DNA from: Nitrospirota bacterium
GTDB taxonomy: Bacteria > Nitrospirota > Thermodesulfovibrionia > Thermodesulfovibrionales > Dissulfurispiraceae
NCBI GenBank assembly: GCA_040754455.1
Contig: JBFMCP010000001.1
Coordinates: 160,001 to 224,000, forward strand
DNA length: 64,000 nucleotides
Direction of reading: 5' to 3'
The notes under the pieces are model-generated. The model saw nothing but the letters and a program-made list of their open reading frames with translations, was not told the origin of the DNA and did not search any database. The position numbers were made by a program, and so were the translations under genes. Shown one piece after another: positions 20,128 through 29,662 of this stretch (the first letter of the stretch is position 1; each line of letters begins with the position of its first letter).

Positions 20128-20955
20128 TTACATATCCGGCGCAATAAACTCAACTTCTTTTTTCTTATAGGGACAAACGAATTTCAGTGAGACAGCGGTA
20201 AGCCTCATTCCTTCAATGTTCTTGTTCCCCCTTCCGTACTTCGGATCTCCCATTACCGGAAACCCGATCATGTCGAAATGGCGGCGTATTTGATGGAGCC
20301 GTCCCGTTTTGATTGTTACATTAACGATCGATATATTGCGCTCCGGATCGTACCGCTCCACTTCGTATTCGGTCAATGCGGATTTGCCGTCGAGCGGCAG
20401 GTCTATGGTGCCCGTTTTCCCCTTCTCAGCCGGATTGCCGAGCACCTCAATTCGATAGCGCTTAACAATCCGGTTGTCCCTGAAGAGTTCGGAAAGCTTT
20501 GCCGCAGCGTCTTTGCTGTGGACGAGGAGCATTATTCCCGATGCCTCGCGGTCAAGACGGTGAATGAGAAAAACCGGCCGTTTGGATTGAAAAAAGAGCT
20601 CGGCCTGCCGCATCAATGAGCAGTGATCGCCGTACATAGTGCCCTGGGTCATGAGGCCTGCTGGCTTGTACCAGACACTGTAGTGGCCCTGGTCGCTCAG
20701 GCACTTCGCCTCTGGCGGCTTCAGGGAGAGCAGGTGCTTGTCGTAATAGAATTCTATATGATCTCCCGCACTGAGCAGCGCCGTGGCCTTGCGCACTCTC
20801 TTGAGGCTGCCCTTCCCTTTTCGTATCCACACCGTGCCTTTGTTCATTGCATCTTTGACTTTGCTCTTGGAAAGCCCTGTCTCTGCAGCAAGAAAATCAC
20901 TGATTGTCGCGGAAGGGGCAGAACGAAGCGTCGTTTTAAAAACAGCCTTTTCCAT
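20128..20955 (-). CDS. RluA-family pseudouridine synthase
   Basis: KPAG, HRLDREASG, TGRLHQIRRH, GDPKYG. Confidence 0.92.
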   Translation of the reverse strand: MEKAVFKTTLRSAPSATISDFLAAETGLSKSKVKDAMNKGTVWIRKGKGSLKRVRKATALLSAGDHIEFYYDKHLLSLKPPEAKCLSDQGHYSVWYKPAGLMTQGTMYGDHCSLMRQAELFFQSKRPVFLIHRLDREASGIMLLVHSKDAAAKLSELFRDNRIVKRYRIEVLGNPAEKGKTGTIDLPLDGKSALTEYEVERYDPERNISIVNVTIKTGRLHQIRRHFDMIGFPVMGDPKYGRGNKNIEGMRLTAVSLKFVCPYKKKEVEFIAPDM

Positions 20956-21168
20956 ACTCTATTGTACCATCTGCCGGCTTCTGATAATGCGCTCTGACCT
21001 GCATAATTCCAAATGTCGGACCACGAGAGGCCAGGGCACAGTGCTTCTACTTGTTCTCTCACCATTTGTGAATTATCGAGGCCAAGTACATATCTTTTCC
21101 ATGGAAGTATAAGATGATACACTTTATAATAAAAGCGCTGTTCATCATTTCTGCAAGGAGCAATTCTA

Positions 21169-21831
21169 ATGTATTCAAACCTTTATCACACCATCAGGAC
21201 GAACGTTTCCCTATGGAGCGTTCTCATTTTCATCATCTCCGCACTCCCTTCGACCGGCTGGGCGGGAGAGCCGACAGAGCAGGTACGGCAGTCGATAGAG
21301 TCGATACGAAGCGTCTTCAGGAATAAAGAGCTCAGCAAGCCGGAGAACAGGAAAGAAAGAAACGCGCAATTGCGCAGGATCGTCGAAGACCGGTTTGATT
21401 TCGAGGAGATGTCGAAGCGCTCTCTCGGCATTCATTGGAAGAAGAGGACGCCGGAGGAGCAGAAGGAGTTCGTTTCCCTATATAAAGACCTGCTCGAAGA
21501 TGTCTATCTGCGCAAGCTGGAGCGGCATGAGAGCGAAATAAAGGAGCATGTTGAGGACAGAGTAGTATACCTGAATGAGCGTATTGAGGATTCTTATGCT
21601 CTCGTGCAGACCCAGGTGATTACCAAAGACAGCAAGGAGGTGCGCCTCGACTACCGCCTCCTCAAGAGAAACGGGAAGTGGGAGGTGTACGATGTGTACA
21701 TCGAGGGGGTAAGCCTGGTAAATAATTACCGGAAGCAGTTCAGCCAGATTATACGGTCCGGTTCCTATGAGGAGCTCGTAAAACGGCTGAAAGAAAAGAA
21801 ATTCAAATCGCCCGAGGAGAAATCAAAATAA
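21169..21831 (+). CDS. mlaC: MlaC/Ttg2D-family ABC auxiliary protein
   Basis: FDFEEMSKRSLG.HW, W.VYDVYIEGVSLVNNYRKQF. Confidence 0.88.
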   Translation: MYSNLYHTIRTNVSLWSVLIFIISALPSTGWAGEPTEQVRQSIESIRSVFRNKELSKPENRKERNAQLRRIVEDRFDFEEMSKRSLGIHWKKRTPEEQKEFVSLYKDLLEDVYLRKLERHESEIKEHVEDRVVYLNERIEDSYALVQTQVITKDSKEVRLDYRLLKRNGKWEVYDVYIEGVSLVNNYRKQFSQIIRSGSYEELVKRLKEKKFKSPEEKSK

Positions 21832-21899
21832 CCTTTCAACTTGTCTCTTTACTACTTAACAACCTAATTACAATCAATGACTACCACTACCTTGCCGGG

Positions 21900-22457
21900 T
21901 TAGTGCTCCCTTTCCAGCCCCTCTATGCATTTCCTGGTAATCGAGGTGATCGGTTCGAAATTCCTGCTCATGCACCAGCCGATAGGCCTCTTCGTCCTTG
22001 CGTAGTAGAGCGAGTAGAGCTGGATTCCCATTTTCGCGTAATCGCCCTTTTTCATCATCCTCCAGTTACGTCGCTCCTCGAAGAGAATGCAGAGGAGACA
22101 GCACAGATCGGCCCCCTGCTGCAGAATCGCGGGGTCTCCCCGCTCGAAGCCCTGGATATAGTAATCGGTGACATAGTAGCTGTCGATCCTCCTTGAGAGG
22201 GTCTCGCTCAGGAGGTGCGATACGTACAGCCCGCAGCGGAACAAATCTGCATTGATGAGCTTATGCTCGATAATGAATGAGCCGATCTTCGCCTTCAACA
22301 TGTTCTCGAAATCGACATTCATCAGAAATACGCCGTTTACCTCCGTTCCCAGTGACTCCCTCCCGATTTCGACCACATCTTTGAGGACCTCGGTGAAGTC
22401 GCTTTCGAGTGAGGTGTTCTTTTTTTCCTTGCGCCTGAATGGAACAATCTCTCCCAT
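21900..22457 (-). CDS. Hypothetical protein
   Basis: 185-aa ORF with AAAGGAG RBS and coding-like composition. Confidence 0.65.
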   Translation of the reverse strand: MGEIVPFRRKEKKNTSLESDFTEVLKDVVEIGRESLGTEVNGVFLMNVDFENMLKAKIGSFIIEHKLINADLFRCGLYVSHLLSETLSRRIDSYYVTDYYIQGFERGDPAILQQGADLCCLLCILFEERRNWRMMKKGDYAKMGIQLYSLYYARTKRPIGWCMSRNFEPITSITRKCIEGLEREH

Positions 22458-22679
22458 AGGTACTCCTTTCAAAAACCGTCCGTTTCCGGACCCCTCATCA
22501 GGGAACGCTCATTATTGATGCACGACATTCGACAGTGTTGCGTAGTATAGTTATCGGGGACCCATCACGAACCTTCATATCAGCAGTATGCACAAAAGCT
22601 ATAAGATGATACTTCCCCTTGCTATAATTGTAATAGAAAGGCGAGCATGGATACCACAGCAGAACGAAAAGAGACTGAT

Positions 22680-23225
22680 ATGCCTCAAAAAAAGCTCGAA
22701 AAGGCAACCTTTGCCGGCGGCTGCTTCTGGTGCATGGAATCCCCCTTTGATAAGCTCAGAGGAGTGATATCCACCACCGTCGGCTACACCGGCGGCCATA
22801 CCGAGAATCCCACTTATGAGGAGGTTTCAACAGGAACAACGGGGCACGCCGAAGCCATAGAAATCGTCTACGATCCTGCTCAGGTGCCCTATACCGAGCT
22901 GCTCGATGCCTTCTGGAAGCTTATCGATCCCACGACCCGGAACCAGCAATTTGCCGACAGGGGGAGCCAGTACCGGACCGCCATTTTTTATCATAACGAG
23001 GAACAGAGAAGACTGGCCGAAGCATCAAAGGAGCGGCTCGAAAAATCAGGCAAATTCAACAGACCTATCGTCACTGAAATCGTTCCGGCATCAAAATTCT
23101 ATCCCGCTGAAGAATATCACCAGGACTACTACAGAAAGAACCCCTTTCAGTATAAAATGTATCTCTCCGGATCGGGAAGAGAGGAATTCATATTCAGGAC
23201 ATGGGGAAAGGATGCAGCGAAATGA
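22680..23225 (+). CDS. msrA: Peptide-methionine (S)-sulfoxide reductase
   Basis: FAGGCFWC, GHAE, AEEYHQDYY. Confidence 0.95.
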   Translation: MPQKKLEKATFAGGCFWCMESPFDKLRGVISTTVGYTGGHTENPTYEEVSTGTTGHAEAIEIVYDPAQVPYTELLDAFWKLIDPTTRNQQFADRGSQYRTAIFYHNEEQRRLAEASKERLEKSGKFNRPIVTEIVPASKFYPAEEYHQDYYRKNPFQYKMYLSGSGREEFIFRTWGKDAAK

Positions 23226-23261
23226 ATATTCTGGTATAGTATTCGGAACATGGATGACTGT

Positions 23262-23582
23262 ATGAAAATATATGCAACATTGCTCGTACAACTCGCCGTT
23301 ATGCTGTCAGTCGCCACTGTGGCCGGTGCCGTCCCTGTCGGGCGGGACCTCGAATGGGCATCCGGCAGCAGCACGATCGTGTTCAGCGGCGCCCTTCATG
23401 CCGACAAAGGATATACCTGCAATGATTGCCACCCGGTGCCCTTCCTCATGAAAAAGACCGCCGGTAAAATGAAAATGGCGGAGATCAATGCCGGACAGTA
23501 TTGCGGCGCCTGCCACGACGGAGAGAAGGCCTTCAGTTCGAAAAAGCTCGAAAACTGCATCAAGTGCCACACCTGGAAGTAG
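23262..23582 (+). CDS. Triheme c7-type periplasmic cytochrome
   Basis: Signal peptide; CNDCH, CGACH, CIKCH. Confidence 0.88.
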   Translation: MKIYATLLVQLAVMLSVATVAGAVPVGRDLEWASGSSTIVFSGALHADKGYTCNDCHPVPFLMKKTAGKMKMAEINAGQYCGACHDGEKAFSSKKLENCIKCHTWK

Positions 23583-23636
23583 GGAACGCCCATCCCTGCC
23601 GTTGACCACCTCTGACTGATCCGGTAACCAGCGCTT

Positions 23637-25370
23637 TTATTTCTTCCCTGTCTTCTGCAGCTTCGCCCACTCATCCTTTAATGTCACGGTCCTGTTGAAG
23701 ACCGGCCTTTCGGGCGAAGAGTCGATGCTATCGACACAAAAATAGCCCAGGCGTTCGAACTGGAATTTGTCTCCCGGCTTTGCCTCTTTGAGGCTCGGCT
23801 CCAGGCGGCATGACTGCAGCACCTCGAGCGATTTGGGGTTCAGATAGTCGGTAAAGTCCTTTCCTTCCTCTACATCGTTGGGGTTTTCTTTCGTGAAAAG
23901 CGTGTCGTAGAGACGCACTTCCGCCTCGATCGCATGCGAAGCCGAGACCCAGTGCAGCGTTGCCTTGACCTTGCGGCCGTCAGGGGCGTCGCCGCCCCGT
24001 GTCGCGGGATCGTACGTACAGTGCAGTTCAACAATATTCCCATTTGCATCTTTCACTACACTCCCGCATTTGACGAAGTAGGCATATCGCAGGCGCACCT
24101 CGCGTCCCGGCGCCAGACGGAAGAACTGCTTCGGCGGGGCCTCCATGAAGTCATCCCGCTCGATATACAGCTCCCGCGAAAAAGGGACTTTCCTCGTCCC
24201 TGCGTTCGGGTCTTCAGGGTTGTTGATGGCGTCCAGATATTCGACCCGGCCTTCGGGATAGTTGTCGATGACCACCTTGAGCGGCCGCAGCACCCCCATC
24301 ACCCGTGGGGCCCGTTTGTTCAGATCCTCGCGGATACAGAATTCGAGCAGTGCCATATCGACAAGGCTCTCCTTCTTGCCTACCCCGATCCGCTCGCAGA
24401 AGTTCCTGATCGCCTCAGGCGTATAGCCGCGCCGCCGGATGCCTGCAAGGGTGGGCATCCGGGGATCGTTCCAGCCCGTGACATACTTCTCATTCACCAG
24501 TTTAAGGAGCTTCCGTTTGCTCAGCACCGTATGGCTCAGATTGAGGCGTGCGAACTCGATCTGCTGCGGGTGATAGATATTCAATGCATCAAGAAACCAG
24601 TCGTAGAGCGGCCGGTGGTCCTCATACTCCATAGTACAGATAGAATGGGTGATCCCCTCAATAGAATCGGAGATGCCGTGGGCATAATCGTACATAGGAT
24701 AGATGCACCACGTAGTGCCGGTCCGGTGATGCTCATCTTTTTTTATCCTGTACATGACGGGATCGCGCATATTAATGTTGCCCGAGGCCATATCGATCTT
24801 GGCCCTGAGGACGCAGGTGCCTTCATCGAACTCGCCGTTCCTCATGCGCTCGAAGAGGTCGAGGTTCTCCTCCACCGAGCGGTTACGGTAAGGGCTCTCT
24901 TTACCCGGTGCGGTCAGGGTGCCGCGATACTCTCTGATCTGGTCAGCAGACAGATCGCAGACATAGGCCTTGCCCATTTTGATGAGCGCAACGGCATATT
25001 CATAAAGCTTGCCGAAATAGTCCGAGGCATAGTAGAGCCGGCCACCCCAGTCGAATCCCAGCCAGCGGACATCCTCCATAATGGATTCCACATACTCCAT
25101 CTCCTCTTTGCTCGGATTGGTGTCGTCGAAGCGGAGGTTGCAGAGTCCCCCGAACTCGGCAGCCAGGCCGAAGTTGAGGCATATTGATTTGGCGTGGCCG
25201 ATGTGCAAATAACCGTTCGGCTCCGGCGGGAACCGCGTCATGAGCCTGCCGCCGAATTTGCCGGTCTCCATGTCCTCGGCGATGATCGCCCGGATGAAAT
25301 TGGGTGCCGGGACAGCAGCCTTTTCGTCCTTCTTTTCGTCTATTTTCTTATCAGGTTTCGGTAGTTCCAT
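23637..25370 (-). CDS. glnS: Glutamine--tRNA ligase
   Basis: [27 protein letters not shown]. Confidence 0.96.
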   Translation of the reverse strand: MELPKPDKKIDEKKDEKAAVPAPNFIRAIIAEDMETGKFGGRLMTRFPPEPNGYLHIGHAKSICLNFGLAAEFGGLCNLRFDDTNPSKEEMEYVESIMEDVRWLGFDWGGRLYYASDYFGKLYEYAVALIKMGKAYVCDLSADQIREYRGTLTAPGKESPYRNRSVEENLDLFERMRNGEFDEGTCVLRAKIDMASGNINMRDPVMYRIKKDEHHRTGTTWCIYPMYDYAHGISDSIEGITHSICTMEYEDHRPLYDWFLDALNIYHPQQIEFARLNLSHTVLSKRKLLKLVNEKYVTGWNDPRMPTLAGIRRRGYTPEAIRNFCERIGVGKKESLVDMALLEFCIREDLNKRAPRVMGVLRPLKVVIDNYPEGRVEYLDAINNPEDPNAGTRKVPFSRELYIERDDFMEAPPKQFFRLAPGREVRLRYAYFVKCGSVVKDANGNIVELHCTYDPATRGGDAPDGRKVKATLHWVSASHAIEAEVRLYDTLFTKENPNDVEEGKDFTDYLNPKSLEVLQSCRLEPSLKEAKPGDKFQFERLGYFCVDSIDSSPERPVFNRTVTLKDEWAKLQKTGKK

Positions 25371-25487
25371 GCGTGCTTCCTTTTATGTTGATGTGCTCGG
25401 AGCAATAGCTTTCCTTTGCCCGCTCTTTATTTTAACACATTGGATATTCTCATAGAATGAGACGTTATGGTACAATAAGTATTGGTT

Positions 25488-25574
25488 GCCGAAGTGGCGG
25501 AACTGGCAGACGCGCTAGGTTCAGGGTCTAGTGGTCGCAAGGCCGTGCGGGTTCGAGTCCCGCCTTCGGCACCA
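25488..25574 (+). tRNA. tRNA-Leu (anticodon CAG)
   Basis: GCCGAAG/CTTCGGC acceptor stem, CTAGG-TTCAGGG-TCTAG anticodon arm, long variable arm, GGTTCGAGTCC T-arm, encoded CCA. Confidence 0.96.
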
Positions 25575-25749
25575 TTTTCTTCATCTCTCCAAATGCTTAC
25601 CTTCCTGACAAAAAGTCAGATGTATACCGGCTTCTGCATGATACCGGCCGTTCCATTACGCCGAATCCTGCGGTCTCGTTGCTGTTAAAATTGATTTTAT
25701 ATCGTAAGCCTAATATAATGTACTACTTCACAGGGCTCAAGGGAGGAAT

Positions 25750-27027
25750 ATGGGAGAGAGGGATAACAAGCACCGGGGTGACGCACCATCGAAGCTCACT
25801 AAAATACCGGTCGCCGTGGACCGTCTCTTTTTGGGCCTCAGAATCCCTTTCGATGTGTTCCTCAAACAGGAAAACAAGTATGTCCATCTTTTCACAAAAT
25901 GGACTCATTTTGACGAAGCCACCAAAGCGATTCTGGATGAGAAAGGGATACGACATGTTTATATAGAGGGTACCGCATCCACGATCGAAGCGTACTTCAA
26001 GCATGCAGCCGATATTAAACCGGCAGGAGTAGATCCAAAAAAGTTCTATGAGTATTCACGCAGGAAAGAAGAGCTCCACCATATAGATAAAACCATACTG
26101 GTCGATAAAAACCTCTTCGTGACCGGTACAACAATCAATTTCAGCATTTTCGCAATCAATAATATGGCCTTCGAAATGTTAGTCGAGGCATCGGAAAACG
26201 CTCCCGTTGCAATACCCAAAAGAGTGCTCACCGTCAAAGGGGACCTGGCGATAAAGGTGACTGATGTCCCGCTCTATCAGGACTATCTCAACAGAATTCT
26301 CAGCGCTCCGGACATTCCCGAAACGTTAAAACAGAAAGGCAAGGCTATTTCCTTAAAAGAAAATTCAAAGATCCTTATTAGGGATGTCCTTGCAAACCCC
26401 CAGGAGAAAGGAAAGATCGAGGAACTGGGCGGTCTCGTCAATACAATGATCGATTCGGTCATAAATATGAATGTCACCGCTGCTGATCTTATGTCGCTGA
26501 AGAACCATGACCTCTATACCTATACGCATTCGGTCAATGTAACGGTCATGTCGATCACTCTCGGCATTGCGGTAGGGTTCGATAGGAATAAAATAGAGAA
26601 GCTGGCCCTTGGCGCGATACTGCATGACATAGGGAAAAGCAGGATATCTCCTGACATCCTGAACAAGCAGGGGGAGCTCACCGATCAGGAGTTCTCTATC
26701 ATGAAGACCCATGTGGCTGAGGGCGTAAGGATACTGGATGACAACACGCAGATTCCGCGGGAGGCTCTTATCCCTGTCCTTCAGCATCACGAGAGGCTCT
26801 CGGGCAGGGGATATCCCTTCGGGCTGAGCGGCAAGGCGATCAAACCCTTCGGGAGAATAGCCGCTATTGCCGATTGCTATGACTACCTGACGACGCCCCG
26901 CCCCTATCGCTATGCCTATACGCCGTACATGACTCTCTCTCTCCTCGCCAAGGAGACAAAGGGGAAAGGAGATTTCGATCAGGAGTACTTGAAAGCGTTC
27001 ATACAAACACTCGCTATTATTTCTTAG
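25750..27027 (+). CDS. HD-GYP domain phosphodiesterase
   Basis: YTYTHSVNV, LHDIGK, HHERLSGRGYP, IADCYD. Confidence 0.9.
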   Translation: MGERDNKHRGDAPSKLTKIPVAVDRLFLGLRIPFDVFLKQENKYVHLFTKWTHFDEATKAILDEKGIRHVYIEGTASTIEAYFKHAADIKPAGVDPKKFYEYSRRKEELHHIDKTILVDKNLFVTGTTINFSIFAINNMAFEMLVEASENAPVAIPKRVLTVKGDLAIKVTDVPLYQDYLNRILSAPDIPETLKQKGKAISLKENSKILIRDVLANPQEKGKIEELGGLVNTMIDSVINMNVTAADLMSLKNHDLYTYTHSVNVTVMSITLGIAVGFDRNKIEKLALGAILHDIGKSRISPDILNKQGELTDQEFSIMKTHVAEGVRILDDNTQIPREALIPVLQHHERLSGRGYPFGLSGKAIKPFGRIAAIADCYDYLTTPRPYRYAYTPYMTLSLLAKETKGKGDFDQEYLKAFIQTLAIIS

Positions 27028-27129
27028 TACAGCCTCCACACCACCTGCACGGCGGTAGAAATAGAGAGGCGGGAGATATCATTTCCGGTAGCCAGGTCGC
27101 TCAGGGGTTCTCTCCAGAAGGCGCCTTGC

Positions 27130-27176
27130 GCGGAGCATTGAGCGGAGCATTGACATGTAGAACATTTTGTGATAAT
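27130..27176 (+). promoter_or_regulatory. Putative promoter with a 12-bp tandem direct repeat overlapping -35
   Basis: GCGGAGCATTGA twice (27130-27153); TTGACA at 27150; GATAAT at 27171 (15-nt spacer, suboptimal). Confidence 0.35.
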
Positions 27177-27272
27177 TCTTAGGTATACTATTGCAACTTT
27201 CAATTCTTGATACGTTCGGTATCCCGGACTAGCGCACCATCAATTTAAGATTCCGAAAAGGAGGCAGGAGAA

Positions 27273-27659
27273 ATGAATTCATTCATGAAGTCAGTAGCGT
27301 GGTATCTCGTTGTGGCGATGTTTATCATCGGCATCGCTCCCCGTGTCGATGCAGCATTCTCTCCCTCTCAGGCGATCGCGCTTGCACAGGCCGACAGGGC
27401 GGCCGATCTCCAGAAAGTCCAGAACGTGCTCGAGATGAAGATGGTGAAGGACAGGCTCGAAAAACTCGGCTACACCCAGGAGGAGATACAGCAGCGCCTC
27501 AGCCAGCTCAGCGACCAGCAACTGCATCAGCTTGCATTGAATCTCGATGAGCTGAAGGTCGGCGGCGATGCGCTGGGGGTTATTATTGCGCTCCTCGTTA
27601 TTGCCATCCTCGTTGTCATCTTCTTGCAGCTTACGGGGCACAAGGTCATTATCAAGTAA
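27273..27659 (+). CDS. PA2779-family protein
   Basis: Signal peptide, L.KLGYT.EEIQQRLSQLSDQQLHQLA, GGD, C-terminal TM helix. Confidence 0.85.
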   Translation: MNSFMKSVAWYLVVAMFIIGIAPRVDAAFSPSQAIALAQADRAADLQKVQNVLEMKMVKDRLEKLGYTQEEIQQRLSQLSDQQLHQLALNLDELKVGGDALGVIIALLVIAILVVIFLQLTGHKVIIK

Positions 27660-27679
27660 GGCACTTTTCCTGTTGAAGC

Positions 27680-27717
27680 AAAAAACGGGGAGGGGCCATG
27701 CCCTCCCCGTTTTTTTT
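27680..27717 (+). terminator. Intrinsic terminator
   Basis: AAAAAACGGGGAGGG-gccatg-CCCTCCCCGTTTTTTTT. Confidence 0.85.
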
Positions 27718-27760
27718 GCTTCCCCTCACCCGGTATGATCAACAGGGTCAGTTCAGAATT

Positions 27761-28885
27761 ATGGCACCTGATATCATCAGCCCCCCATCGTTAGCAGAGC
27801 ACTTTACCGATAAAGAGATCGCATCGCTGCTGGATCGGAAACTGCTGCATGCCCTCTCTTATGACGGGATCGATATGGTGAGGCTCTCCCAGGATTACAA
27901 GAGCTATCCGAGAGGCACGGTGTTTCATGGGCATACCGTTATCCCGGGATATCCAGCGATCATGAGGGTCCTCCACCTTAAAAACGGCATTGAGCATTAC
28001 TTCGAAGATACCTTTTATATCGAAGAAAAAGTGGACGGCTATAACGTAAGGGTGGCAATGATCAACGGCACCCCCCTCGCCTTTACCAGAGGCGGCTTTG
28101 TCTGTCCCTTCACCACTGATCGGCTCCCTGATCTGATCGACCTCACTTTTTTTGATTACTACCCGCAGTATACGCTCTGCGGGGAGATCGTCGGTCCGGG
28201 GAACCCTTATAATACTGAGGTTATCCCTTATATCAAGGACGATGTTGTCTTCTTTGTCTTTGACTTCCTGGATGAGCAGGGAAGACAGATTGCCATAACT
28301 GAACGGTACGCCCTTCTTGAGTGCTTTCATATGCACCAAGTAGCACGCTGGGGTGAGTTCAGCCTATCGGATATTCCTGCGGTAAAGGAGATCATTCTCG
28401 AGCTGGACAGAACCGGCAGAGAGGGAATCGTGGTCAAGCCGACAGGCAGCGGCAGGATGATAAAGTATGTCACCCCGTCGTCCTGCCTAAGGGACCTCCA
28501 ATCGACCACTAACCTTATGGCAGAGATTCCGGCAGGTTACTATATTCAGCGAATACTCAGGGCGGTCTTCTTCTCACATGAATTCGGCATTCCGCTGAGC
28601 GAAGACTATCTTGTTGCATCGGCAAAAGCGCTCTACAGTATCCCCGGTCTGGCAGTGGAGCAGATAGCCAACGGCGGCAGCATAAAAGAAACGTTCGAGA
28701 TAAAGGTGCGACATAAGGAGGCTATAGATAAGCTACTCGCCCATTTGAACAGGGCAGGAGTGCGGACAGAGCTCGTTTCGCTGGAGCAAATGGATGGCTA
28801 TTTCAAGGTAAAATTCTATAAAATCTATACAAAAATGACCAAGGAGCTCCGGCACCGACTTGCAGGAAAGGGCTTTTACGACTAA
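27761..28885 (+). CDS. ATP-dependent RNA ligase, Rnl3 (Pab1020) family
   Basis: Nucleotidyltransferase motifs EEKVDGYNVR, TRGGFVCPFTT, GEIVGP.NPY, FFVFD, EGIVVK, IKYVT; C-terminal dimerisation-type domain. Confidence 0.9.
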   Translation: MAPDIISPPSLAEHFTDKEIASLLDRKLLHALSYDGIDMVRLSQDYKSYPRGTVFHGHTVIPGYPAIMRVLHLKNGIEHYFEDTFYIEEKVDGYNVRVAMINGTPLAFTRGGFVCPFTTDRLPDLIDLTFFDYYPQYTLCGEIVGPGNPYNTEVIPYIKDDVVFFVFDFLDEQGRQIAITERYALLECFHMHQVARWGEFSLSDIPAVKEIILELDRTGREGIVVKPTGSGRMIKYVTPSSCLRDLQSTTNLMAEIPAGYYIQRILRAVFFSHEFGIPLSEDYLVASAKALYSIPGLAVEQIANGGSIKETFEIKVRHKEAIDKLLAHLNRAGVRTELVSLEQMDGYFKVKFYKIYTKMTKELRHRLAGKGFYD

Positions 28886-28951
28886 ACATCCCGATAATCA
28901 AGCGCCACATTCCAAAAATTATTTATTATTCGAAATTCGGGACGTGGAATT

Positions 28952-29662
28952 CTATTCTTTTTGCCTTTTTGCGAGGAGTTCCGTCCTTTTGATGGCGCTC
29001 ATCAGGTACTCTTTGAATTTTTCGGGGAAGAGCCATTGTATCCCGAGCTTTTCCGCCCACTTTACCAATCCCTGGTCAGCGGTGATCAGCAGGGCATTGA
29101 GCTCTAGAGCGAGGAGCAGAAGATCGACATCCTCCTTGCTGTCGATAATCCCCTCGCGCAATGCCTCGCGGTACTTTTTTCTCAGATCCTGGATGATCTC
29201 ATCAGCCCTCTTGTGCTCTGCGCTCCGCACCGCTTTCTCGGCGAGCCGCAGCCCCTTATTGATCCTCTCCCGTATATCTTCGATCAGCTCATAGAGGAGG
29301 AATCCGGGGCACTGGATCTCATGTCTCTTGGGCGGCTTTTGGTGGAGGATCAGGAGCAGGTCTGCCGGAATCTTGTCGCGCTCGACGAAGTGGAGCAGCT
29401 CCTCAAAAATAGAGGGGGGCATATAGAATTCGAGGATATGTATCTGCGCCGCCATAAAGAGAAAATTCTCGAGCGCCTCGGTGGGAGAAGCGCCGAGACT
29501 GGTCCGCACGTCAGGATTAACGAAGAGACTTGTGTCAAGGACCACATTTAAGGGAGATGTGCGGGAACGCGGACGCGCAGAGGTCTTTTTCGCGGCTTTT
29601 TTTTCTTCAGAGCTTCCGTTCTTCTGCTCTTCCGGACTGCTTTTACGCTTTGCAGGACTCAT
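28952..29662 (-). CDS. Protein-only RNase P, HARP (Aq_880 / 'RNA ligase partner' PIN family)
   Basis: VLDTSLFVNP, RINKGLRLAE, LRKKYREALREGIIDSKEDVDLLLLA, ADQG...WAEKLG. Confidence 0.9.
   Translation of the reverse strand: MSPAKRKSSPEEQKNGSSEEKKAAKKTSARPRSRTSPLNVVLDTSLFVNPDVRTSLGASPTEALENFLFMAAQIHILEFYMPPSIFEELLHFVERDKIPADLLLILHQKPPKRHEIQCPGFLLYELIEDIRERINKGLRLAEKAVRSAEHKRADEIIQDLRKKYREALREGIIDSKEDVDLLLLALELNALLITADQGLVKWAEKLGIQWLFPEKFKEYLMSAIKRTELLAKRQKE

Noticed and set aside
25575..25750. Possible integrated element at tRNA-Leu
   Set aside because: No integrase and no duplicated tRNA 3' end seen in the window
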